This document shows, piece after piece, positions 37,982-49,900 of a stretch of 64,000 nucleotides of DNA. Position numbers and translations under genes: made by a program. Below the pieces are notes generated by a model. It was given only the letters and a program-made list of their open reading frames with translations, searched no databases and was not told the DNA's origin. The stretch's first letter is position 1; the number at the start of each line of letters is the position of its first letter. This stretch comes from Selaginella moellendorffii (lineage: Eukaryota > Plantae > Lycopodiophyta). The stretch is from the NCBI RefSeq assembly GCF_000143415.4, contig NW_003314276.1, positions 181,468-245,467 of the forward strand, given 5' to 3'.

Positions 37982-39409
37982 CGGCAGAAAGAAAGAAAAA
38001 GGGGGAAAAAAAGGCAAAGGCAGTCAAATAATCAAAATGAGCTAAAGGAAAAAAAACAATCTGAATCAAACTGTCAAGACCCCCAACAAGATCAAGACTG
38101 GAAAATGCAAAGGACAAAGAGAAAAGCTAGTGGAAACAAAGAAGAGGCCTTAGACTGGTGTTGATTCAAATTGTGGAGAACTGGAACAAGGCTAACCTAT
38201 ATATACTATAGGTTGATGAAGCTCCACCACTCTTGGATTGAGGACGGCCTAAATATAGCTGAGGTCGAGGAGGTGCCACATCATCATCAGGAATGTGGCT
38301 CAAGGCTCAGGAATCATACAGGAAATTAGAGAGTCAGAAATAGGGAAGAGTCTCGAGAGTCAGGAATAGGAAAGTGTCTCGAGAATCAGGAATGTGGTCT
38401 GCAGTGTAAGCGACTAAATTTTCCATTCTACTTTAGTCACTTAACCATACCTCCGACCACTTGGAGGAGTCTCATTCACAACCTCCATCAGTCCAATTCA
38501 GGACTTGGGGCTTGCTAGCCCCAAGAATGGCATCCATGCCACTCAACACTTGCACCTGGTCCAAGTGCTCCACGTGTCCGGTCCCAAGACCGACACCCAA
38601 AGGTACCATTGACATCTCAGCCTGTTACGCTAAGGCCATGCCCATTCACCTTTGCTGCACTAGTGGTCCAATACCACTTGCATCACCATCCCATCTCTCC
38701 AAGACTGGGCCATCTGTCCACGAGTGGTCATCCTAGATCCACTCCTTAGCATCCTTAGGATGCCCACAAACCTGGGGAATCACCTTCCCCAAAGTCCCTT
38801 TGTCAGTCCCTACCAAGTCCCTTTCTGCCCCTAGCCGTGTTTGCCAACACTGCCACTGGATCGAGGCCCACAGGCCCGACCACTAAGTCCCATGGTCCTC
38901 TGGGACTTCCTCACCACACGACTGTGTCCTTGGTCACTACCCCAGAGGACTGCTCCTCTTCCTTTCCACAGTCTAGGCCTTTGGGACAACATTCCGGAAC
39001 ACCGTGGCCTTATGCGAGCCACCTGGGTACTCTCCCCGCCTTTTGCCTTTAGGTGCTCTAGCCATGGGCTTAGAGCGAGGTTCCGTTGAGCCACGCCTGG
39101 TATCCAAGTAGGTAGTGCCACCCACACTTGGACTGGGAGCATCGGCCAGTCGATCTCTCGGGGGAACTAGAGCTGGCTCTTGAACACTTCACCAAGCTAC
39201 CCCGCTTGTCGGTCCATGTTCACTCTAGTCTTGGACTTCCCAGTGGTCAGTTCATCACCCAACACTGGGTCTGGCCTTCCTGGGCCAAACTGGCCTTTCC
39301 TGGCCAAACTGGCTCCACTGCAGTCCTCCCCCTTACTATACTTTTGGAGCTCACCAAACCCCCCAGGGTCTGGGAGACGAACGCTTTGGGCTTTCACCCT
39401 CTCAGACTT

Positions 39410-40185
39410 GAACTCGGACTCGGACTCGGACTGGGACTGGGACTGGGACTGGGACTCGGACTCGGACTCGGACTCGGACTCGGACTCGGACTCGGACTCG
39501 GACTCGGACTCGGGCTCGGGCTCTGTCTCAGCCTTGGCCTCGATCTCGGTCTCGGTCCCGGTCTCGGTCTCGATCCCGGTCTCGGTCTCGGTCTCGGTCT
39601 CAGTCCCGGTCTCTGTCTCGACCTCGGACTCCATCTCGGGTCCTTCTCGGACTCCATCTCGGACTCCATCTCGGACTCCGTCTCGGTCCATCTCGGACTC
39701 CATCTCAGACTCCATCTCGGACTCTGTCTCGGGTCCATCTCGGACTCCATCTCGGTTCACCTCGGACTCCACTTTGGGTCCATCTTGGACTCCATATCGG
39801 ACTCCATCTCGGACTCCACTTCGGGTCCATCTCGGACTCCATCTCGGACTCCACTTCGGACTCCATATCGGACTCCACTTCGGGTCCATCTCGGACTCCA
39901 TCTCGGACTCCATCTTGGGTCCATCTCGGACTCCATCTTGGTCCACCTCGGACTCCACTTCGGGTCCATCTCGGACTCCATCTCGGACACTTCCACGTGT
40001 CATGTGTTGGTCCTTTTTGGTCTCGGTCCACCTCGGACTCCATCTCGGACTCCATCTCGGGTCCATCTCAGACTCCATATCAGACTCCATCTCGGACTCC
40101 ACTTCGGACTCCATATCGGACTCCACTTCGGGTCCATCTCGGACTCCAACTAGGGTCCGTCTCGGACTCCATCTCGGACACTTCC
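39410..40185. repeat. GGACTC/GGTCTC hexamer and TCGGACTCCATC 12-mer minisatellite inside the LTR
   Basis: Direct reading of the sequence; source of the low-complexity ORFs in all frames. Confidence 0.95.
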
Positions 40186-43100
40186 ACGTGTCATATGTTG
40201 GTCCTTTTTGGGTCCCCTTTTGGAGCCTCGCTTATTGCTCACTTCGTGCTTGTTCCTCGAGCACTTTGTTGGGAGTTCCACTCCCACTCTCGACCTTTCA
40301 AGTCGGAGCTTTTAGTCCAAACGTGTTACGCTCGTTTGGCTTTCACTTCAGCCACTACCACGTGGCACCCTTTCCGGCTCCACTTTGGGGCCTAGGGATT
40401 TTGTGTCTCACAACTCCACCACCCATAGACGAAGTTCGATATCCTCATCGAACGGTAAACCATTTTATAAAGTAACACTCGCATGTGTTACTATTTCCAT
40501 CCTTAGCACCTAGCCAATATTCGTCAATGGTTTGACATTGAAGGCTCACCATGCCTTCTCCATATTCATCAATGGTTCGACAGCAAAGGCTCACCATGCC
40601 TTGCCCATCCTCTAAGGAGGATAGTCTCTCCAACTTAGAGACTCACTTGACCACCTGGGGTGGTTTGCTCCTTTTTATTGGTTCAGTTCTCGCTAAACCT
40701 ATTAGAGACACCCTCTCTAACTCAATTCCACTACTCATTCTTGAGTAGTCACAGATTCCATTGATCTACCTTTGCACTTTGGAACGTTTACTTTTGACTT
40801 CTTGAAGTTAATTTCCTAGGTGTCTCCGACACCTTGCCTTGGACATTTTGTGCAACTCCACTTCCCCTCTTAGGAAGTTCTCTACTCGAGGGCACCCTCT
40901 TCCTCTTTTCTATTTTTGTGCCCCCATTGGCATTACGTTCCATTTATCATTATTTGTGCTAGGGCTGTCCACGGCCCTATCTTGGGCACTCGTCTTTTGC
41001 TCCTATTCTTGGATTGTTGCACGAAGCAACATAGGATCGCTACCTCCATTTTTGAGGTTTCCTTTCGGTTCCATAGCAAACACTTTGCTTTGCCAAGTCC
41101 AAAGGGTGTTCACCCCTAGTACGTCTCTTTAACATTTTCTATCATGGGCTCTATCCACGGCCCAACTTTTTGAGACCCTCCCTTGGATCTTTTATAAAGA
41201 CTACTTTCCTTGGACTTACTATGCCATAGCATTGACATAGCTTATTTCCCTTAGGTGGGCTTCCCACTTGGTCACCTCAACCAAGCCACACCTTTATCAA
41301 TAGTTCAAATCAACACTTTGAATTAGGAATCATATTCCTTAACCCAAACAAAGACTTTGTCTTTGTTTAGCCACAAGATCACCTAGTGATCTTATCTTGA
41401 CCCCTTAATAGGTCTATCAATAGGGACTAGGTCTTCCAGACCCTTCTAAGTTGTTGACTATGACCCCGGGGGCATCCCCCACACTTGGCGGTGTGCCCAA
41501 GCCAGCCCTTCCGGCCAAGGATCCATAGCAACCGAGACTGGGTGTCCCCATCTCATTCACCACGTCCTTGGTGCCCTTTTGCACCAAAGTGTTCAAGTTA
41601 GATATGCCGAGCTTTCACTCTAAACAATCTAACTGTGCATCACGACTCCGAGGCATCCCTCGCTTGGCGGTGTGCCCAAACCAGTCTCCTCACTGAGAGT
41701 CCATGACCACCGAAATATGAGTGTCCTCATATTCCAAACCATCACCACGCCCTAGTGATTTGGGACTCGAACCCAAGCACTAGAGGGTCAGGACTCAAAC
41801 CCAACCTCCGTATATGCATCTACGGACGGCATCACCCTAGATGCCTGGCGTGACTCCCCACGCCAGTGCACCAACTTATACTCAAAGCGCGCTATATATC
41901 ACAGCTTAGGAACCTAGTTCCTCCACACTGCCAAGCCCTCTCACTTGACAAGTCTGTGATCATGCATGGACTCCTTCATGCTTGGCCCCATGGCCCACCG
42001 CTTTTGAAGTTATCACCTTCAACTAGGGTATTTGTTCCCCTGACTTGCCAATCTCACTTTGGCAAGCCCTCGGACCACTGTAACATGGTTCCTACACAAG
42101 CGTGAAAGCCCTTGATCATCGACTTTCATTCAAAGCCCTCTCTTTGAACACTCGGGAACTACTTCCCTAACCTTGATAGCCTTGCCTCATGGCAAGCTTC
42201 AAGACCACGCTTCTGCTGCGCCACTCTGATTTCGCATGTTCCTTGAACCATTTATGCTTGGCCTTTTTAGGTACTAAGCTACCTAGAATCATCTTTGGGA
42301 ACCTTGAAGGAACTCTATCCTTTAGCTTGCTAAGGCCTCCCTTTTTGCAAGCTTGCCACTTACCATATAGTCTAACATGGACAATTCCATATTTTAGACT
42401 CTCCATGGCATCACGGTTGCTAGCAGCAACACCCTCGAGCCCCCACTTGATTCTCCACTCCCAGCTGGCATAACCAACCTTGGTTATGCCCTTCGATCCC
42501 TATGGTTCGGTTCTACCCCCTTACTTCTTGCTTTTGGCTTCACACCTTTCCTTTGGTCATTCTCCTCCAGACCAGGAGGATAGCTTTGCACTTTCTATCA
42601 TGCCTTAGCAAGTATTCTTATGGATGAACCTACCCGATAGCCTAGGGAGTGGTTCCTCAATCCAGGTATGCTCACCCTATAATCCCACACACCGAGATTA
42701 CGTTGTTGCTTATGGGCCTTTACATGCCCATCACTAGCCTTGCCAAAATTCCATTTTTGGCTTTGTCCAATTCGAGTAGACAGTCTTCTCTTGTCTCCGC
42801 CACCTTGGACATTTGGATAGCACCTTCTATCCATCATTCGCTAGGGACTTATTCCCTTGGGCCTTATCTATTGCCCTCGCGACGTCAAACACCACCTCCT
42901 GGTGTTCTAGAGTGTTTGGGTGTCCCAATGACAACTTCCTTGACAATGAGTATTTCCTTTCATGACATTGACTTACTATATCGCAACATAAGCAACTTAT
43001 CCCCCGAAAGGGTATATCCAACTTCCTTATGCCATTAAGAAGGCTTGGGTAGCTACCTTCTACCCGTTTAACCAATTATTTTGCACCTTTTGCTTAGTTG

Positions 43101-45344
43101 CCCGATAGTTGTCAAGTCCTACAACTCATTGCTTGGTGCTCCCACACCTCCATCATTATCTGGGTCACCACACTCCAACCGCATGCCTTCCAGCTTAGGC
43201 CTTGCCATTCCTACTTCCGTTGGGATTCCCTTGGCAAGGGGTTCTTAGGAACCCACCATCATAACCTCAAGGTATCACACCTTGGCACATTTGGTGTCTC
43301 CACACCATTTGCCCCACGAGCCTATCCTTATGACACTCCTTACTAGTGTCTAGGTCTTTGCCAAGACTAATATAGTTGTTCCTCATGCCAACCATCCGTT
43401 AGCACTGCACCATAGAGGTCACACACAACTTTGTTTCAAAGTTTTTTTCTTTTGGGAACACCCTTCCCATGACTTTAGCATGGCACATTTTGCCATCGAT
43501 GAGATACCCTCTGTTCTCATCCTTGGATCCTATGATCCCCCCCCATCCTTCGTGGGGTACCACACACCTCAGTCCAAATGCTTCCATCAATCCTTTAGGA
43601 TTATTCCTTGACTCTATTGGAGTTATCCAACTTTTTGGACTTTGTCATCCGACGACCCATGAGGTCCTACCTTTGAGGTGCCAGCTCACTTGAATACAAC
43701 TTCTTGTATTCAGGTCCTACTCACAGGGACCATCTTTGCAAGTGTTACTCCGACACTTGATTTGTTCTCTTGGGCAACCCTTTGCCCCTTAGGACCACTT
43801 GTCCATGTGATGAGAACACCAACTCATCTTTTGAGTACACCCCCAACTCCTTGGGTTGTTCCAGCATTTATTAGGGGTAGCCCCGGCTACCATTTCAAGG
43901 ACTTGTGTCCCTTTCCGTACTTGACCTCCCATGGTCATCAATTCCGGTCTCAAAGTTATGAGCACCAGACTCAACTATATGAGGGTAATCTTGTGACTCC
44001 TTTATCGTTTTGGAGTCTACATCTTTCCCGTGATCCCAACTATAGTTGTTTACCACAACTACATTAGCCGGTTTGCTGCGTCAAACACTCATCTGGATCA
44101 CATCCTCAGCTCTCTGAGGAAACCTTATACTATTCCCAAGATCCCAAAGTTGTTCCATTATTGGCCCTTTTCTATCCACCACGTCGTGCCTAAGTTCACG
44201 CATGAACTTGAGTGGAGAGTCATGTCCTCTAGACATGCTACTCCTCAAGGATAGGCCCCCACTTAGGACCTTCCGATGCCAGCATCAATGGTGATATACT
44301 TGAGCACCAATAAAAGTCAGACTAAGGAACAGCTCCGATACCAAGTTGTAAGCGACTAAATTTTCCATTCTACTTTAGTCACTTAACCACACCTCCGACC
44401 ACTTGGAGGAGTCTCATTCACAACCTCCATCAGTCCAATTCAGGACTTGGGGCTTGCTAGCCCCAAGAATGGCATCCATGCCACTCAACACTTGCACCTG
44501 GTCCAAGTGCTCCACGTGTCCAGTCCCAAGACCGACACCCAAAGGTACCACTGACATCTCGGCCCATTACGCTAAGGCCATGCCCATTCACCTTTGCTGC
44601 ACTAGTGGTCCAATACCACTTGCATCACCATCCCGTCTCTCCAAGACTGGGCCATCTGTCCACGAGTGGTCATCCTAGATCCACTCCTTAGCATCCTTAG
44701 GATGCCCACAAACCTGGGGAATCACCTTCCCCAAAGTCCCTTTGTCAGTCCCTACCAAGTCCCTTTCTGCCCCTAGCCGTGTTTGCCAACACTGCCACTG
44801 GATCGAGGCCCACAGGCCCGACCACTAAGTCCCATGGTCCTCTGGGACTTCCTCACCACACGACTGTGTCCTTGGTCACTACCCCAGAGGACTGCTCCTC
44901 TTCCTTTCCACAGTCTAGGCCTTTGGGACAACATTCCGGAACACCGTGGCCTTACGCGAGCCACCTGGGTACTCTCCCCGCCTTTCGCCTTTAGGTGCTC
45001 TAGCCATGGGCTTAGAGCGAGGTTCCGTTGAGCCACGCCTGGTATCCAAGTAGGTAGTGCCACCCACACTTGGACTGGGAGCATCGGCCAGTCGATCTCT
45101 CGGGGGAACTAGAGCTGGCTCTTGAACACTTCACCAAGCTACCCCGCTTGTCGGTCCATGTTCACTCTAGTCTTGGACTTCCCAGTGGTCAGTTCATCAC
45201 CCAACACTAGGTCTGGCCTTCCTGGGCCAAACTGGCCTTTCCTGGCTAAACTAGCTCCACTGTAGTCCTCCCCCTTACTATACTTTTGGAGCTCACCAAA
45301 CCCCCCAGAGTCTGGGAGACGAACACTTTGGGCTTTCACCCTCT

Positions 45345-45955
45345 CAGACTCGAACTCGGACTCGGACTCGGACTCGGTCTCGGACTCGGACTCAGACTCG
45401 GACTCGGGCTCGGGCTCGGTCTCAGCCTTGGCCTCGGTCTCGGTCTCGGTCCCGGTCTCGGTCTCGGTCCTGGTCTCAGTCTCGGTCTCGGTCTCGGTCC
45501 CGGTCTCGGTCTCGACCTCGGACTCCATCTCGGGTCCTTCTCGGACTCCATCTCGGACTCCATCTCGGACTCCGTCTCGGTCCATCTCGGACTCCATCTC
45601 AGACTCCATCTCGGACTCCGTCTCGGTCCATCTCGGACTCTATCTCGGGTCCATCTCGGACTCCGTCTCGGTTCACCTTGGACTCCACTTCGGGTCCATC
45701 TCGGACTCCATATCGGACTCCATCTCGGACTCCACTTCGGGTCCATCTTGGACTCCATATCGGACTCCATCTCGGACTCCACTTCGGGTCCATCTTGGAC
45801 TCCATACCGGACTCCATCTCGGACTCCATTTCGGACTCCATATCGGACTCCACTTCGGGTCCATCTCGGACTCCATCTCGGGTCCATCTCGGACTCCGTC
45901 TTGGTCCACCTCGGACTCCACTTCGGGTCCATCTTGGACTCCATCTCGGACACTT
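45345..45955. repeat. Same LTR minisatellite, shorter allele
   Basis: Same units as 39410-40185 with fewer copies. Confidence 0.95.
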
Positions 45956-46951
45956 CCACGTGTCATGTGTTGGTCCTTTTTGGGTCCCTTTTTGGAGCCT
46001 CGCTTATTGCTCGCTTCGTGCTTGTTCCTCGAGCACTGTGTTGGGAGTCCCACTCCCACTCTCGACCTTTCAAGTCGGAGCTTTTAGTCCAAATGTGTTA
46101 CGCTCGTTTGGCTTTCACTTCGGCCACTACCACGTGGCACCCTTTCCGGCTCCACTTTGGGGCCTAGGGATTTTGTGTCTCACATGCAGGTCAGGAATCC
46201 AGCGAGATTCAGGAATGTGGTATAAATTGGGGGATTCCTGACAGTAAGCTATCATCCAGCATTATTGAGGGACTAATCTCAATATGCGAGGGTTCTTTTC
46301 AAGCCAGTGCAAGACAGAGCAAAAGAGAACTAAAAAGCCAGGCCATGTATACTTGGATAAATAGACACTTAGGAATTCCATCCTTATGCTCATCCGGCCA
46401 AGTACAAATGCAAAGTCCAATTTACTAACACTTGAACCAGCAATACCGACATTCTGCCATCATGGCAAAAAGAAAAGAGTGTCTGTAAGTACTGGCTAAC
46501 AAGTAACTTTTGATACCTAAAGTCACATTTGCAACACCTCCTTACACTCCAAGTACTGCTTCAGCTTAAATTTCAAAATCTCATTGCGAGAAAGTGAACT
46601 CAAACCCTCTAGGAAATAACTTCGAGCATTTTCATCACTCATATTTGCAATCATAATGTGCTTCTGAGCAAACACATTAATATAATGCATAAAGTCCCCT
46701 TGCCGCTTTAACCACTGCAGCTCCACGAGAAGTCTCAAACTAAGATCATCTAGCAAGTATTTCTTACGGATATGAGACCGCATCTTGGTCCAACTGCTAG
46801 TCTGCCCTTTTTCAGCACACACCTGGCACCACTAAGTTTTGGCATGATTGGAGAGAAAGGATTGCACTCACACAACTTTCATACAATGAAGAGAGTGTCT
46901 GTAAAAACTGGTTGACAAGTATTTATGATACCTGAAGTCACATTCATGACA

Positions 46952-49900
46952 TTAGGCCACCAATATGTCATAATCATGCCAGACACCATCTAACACCATT
47001 TTATGTGTAGGTGCTAGATATGGGGAGTTGGTTCTCGTGGGATTGTACCAAACCCTTGTTTCTTAGTCCAATAGGCTTGGAGTTTGGCTCTAAATTTAGG
47101 TATGCTATATTTGATATCAGAGGAATTATCTTAGCGATTTCGATCCAGATTTTCTAACTCAAATTGCATATGCAAAGACTTTTCTACTAGATCCGAAGCA
47201 ATCTGTAGGATTAGTTGGATTGCACCATTCGGTAAGAACATTATATGTATATTCAGTTACTGATAGAGGCATGAATGTAGCTAGCAGGATGGTGAAAAGG
47301 AACCGTGCTGATGACCCTGAAACCTCTAGACAAGCGAATCAAGAGGAGGAAACTCCTGCCAGAGATGCTACGGAAGAGGTTGAGGTTGAGTCAAAAAAGG
47401 AAGAGCCAGATGCTACTGCACTGTAGCATATGGCTCAAGAAGTTGAGATTGAGACTGGACCCTCGTTTCATAGTGCAACAAGCTTAGAGTTTAGCTCCAA
47501 ATTTAAGTGCACTATATTTGGTATCAGAGGACTTCTCTTAGCAATTCATAACAAACTTTTGTCAAATTTTCTACCTCAAGTTGCATATGCAAAGACTTTT
47601 TTAGAAGATCCAAAGTGACTTGTGTAGGATTAGTGGGATTGCACAATTCAGTAAGAACATTGTATGCATGTTCAATTACTGATAGAGGCATGCATGTAGC
47701 TAGCAAAATGGTGAAAAGAAACCATGTTGATGATGTTGAAACCTCTAGATGGGTGAATCAAGAAGAAGAAACTCCTACTAGAAATGCTGCAAAAGAGGCT
47801 AAGGCTGAGTCAGAAGAGGTAGAGCTAGATGCTTCAGCAATGCAACATATGGCTCTGGAAGTCGAGATCAAGAATTTGCAAGGGGAAGTTTGCAAATTGA
47901 AGGAGGAGAACAAAAAGAGGAAGAAACAAGTGGAGGCAGCTAAACTAGCTAAACCTACGCAACCAAACTCTGAAGACAGTTCTGAGGACAATGAAGTTCT
48001 ACAATTGCCCCTGGTTGCACGAGTTTCAAAGTACAAGCCTCCAAAACCACCCAATTTCAGAGGCATGCGGGACTATCAGGTTGTGGAAGATTGGGTCTAC
48101 GATATAGAAAACTATTTCATAGTAGCAAATGTAGATGATCGTATGAAAGTTGTATATGTGTAATCCTTTCTCACCAATCATTCCAAAATTTAGTGGCACC
48201 AGGTGTGTGCTGAAAAAGGGCAGACTAGCAGTTGGACCAAGATGTGGTCTTGTATTCGTAAGGAATACTTGCCAGATGATCTTGGTCTAAGACTTCATGT
48301 GGAGCTACAGTAGTTAAAGTAGTGAGAAGACCTTATGCATTACATTAATGCATTTGCTTAAAAGTGCATTATGATTGCAAATATGAATGACGAAGATGCT
48401 TGAAGTTATTTCCTGGAAGGTTTAAGTTCACTTTCTTGTTATGAGATTTTGAAGTTTAGGCCGAAGATGTACCTGGAGTATAAGGAGGTAACACAACAAG
48501 TTGCCTTTAGTCACTCACTCATGGAACAATATCTGCAGCCATATGCTAATACCTTGGACATGAATAAAAATTCTGGGAATAAATAAGGTGATCAGAAACA
48601 AAGGGTGGAAGGAAAGTTCCACCCTAAGTGCTCACAAGCAATAGTTAACAAAGGTGGTGCTTGATGACCACAAGCAGCTTCTTCTAGTCCTAGGCCCTCT
48701 ATTCCTCCTACTAATGGGTACAAGCAGTAGCAACCTACAAAACTTGCTCCTAGCGGAATGGGTACTGTGGGTCATTGCTTCCACTGTGGAGAGTCAGGAC
48801 ATAAGTCCTCGGAATGTCCCAAAAGGCATAAGACAAAATCTCATGTTACTGTGATGAGGAAAGATGATGGTGATGAAGCTGAAGAGGTTGATGAGTTGGT
48901 CAATGTAGACTATGAGGAAGAGGAGGTGAGTTACTTTCATTACTTTTTTCAAGCTTTTCTTGCAATCAATGCAAACACTAATCCGTTGATGTATCTAGTA
49001 GGCTTTGTCCCCAAACACAAAATCTGAGTGATGATTAACATAGGAGCTACATATAGCGTGATCCGAAGACTTAGTTAAGTTCTTAGGATTGAAAGCTAAA
49101 CATATGTCGCTCATACACTTCCGGTTTGCAAAAGTTAGGTAAGTAGCCAAAAAATTTATGAGTGATGTTCCAATAAAAGTATCCAAGTGGAAAGAAATAG
49201 TGGACTCGATAGTGTTGAAGATACCAGATTTTCATATGGTGTTTGGTATGGATTTCTTCAAAAAATATATTAAAGGGATTTATAGTGCTGGCCATCATAT
49301 TGAAGTCAAAAGAACGTCCAATTGTGTCCTTCCTATTGCAAAAGTGCTTCTCAAAAGATTGGGATGCTAAATTCCTGATTGTGAGAGCCACTCAAAAAGA
49401 GTAGTTAAGAAGGGATGTGGGACCTTTTAGGGTTCAAGTAATGGAAGCTAAGGGTGTTGGTGACTCAGTTCGAATCAGCAACAAGCTTGATCCTGTACCA
49501 AAGAAGATATTGGAGTTGTTGGCGAGGAATTAAGATATCTTCCCAAAGGATTTGCCATCAGGGCTACCTCCTAGCCATGAGGTTGATTATCGGATTGAGG
49601 TTATTCCAGGTTTTAAACCACCTACAAAAGCTCTGTATCATTTAAACATCAAAGAAATGGCTGAACTCAAGAAGCAACTCATGGAGCTTCTTAACAAAGG
49701 TCATATCTGACCAAGCAAATCACTTTATAAAGTGCCGATCCTTTTTGTTATGAAAAAGGATAGAACTATGAGGATGTGTATCAACTATCAGGCACTTAAC
49801 AAAATCATGGTCAAAAAAGGTTATCCTTTGCCTTATATTAATGCCTTGTTTGACCAACTCTTAAAGGCTAAGCATTTTATGTAACTTCATTTGTAGTCTC

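Larger units (their letters stand above)
38405..46184 (-). mobile_element. Non-autonomous LARD-like LTR element nested in the 5' LTR of the Tcn1-like element
   Basis: LTRs 38405-40412 and 44347-46184 (TGT...ACA), TSD TGCAG, iMet PBS (plus-strand GCTCCGATACCA at ~44332-44343), PPT next to 40413; 3.9-kb interior with no recognisable gag/pol ORF. Confidence 0.88.
32892..46243 (-). mobile_element. Tcn1/Tf1-like Gypsy chromovirus inserted into a family-A LTR
   Basis: LTRs 32892-33278 and 38072-38404 + 46190-46243 (TGTCA...TGACA), TSD GTAAG (32887-91 / 46244-48), PPT next to 33279, non-tRNA PBS at 38056-38069. Confidence 0.92.

Noticed and set aside
39128-40475. Long ORFs (SD/ES/LG-repeat proteins of 300-430 aa; also 45139-46241)
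   Set aside because: Open in several frames only because the LTR minisatellite lacks stop codons
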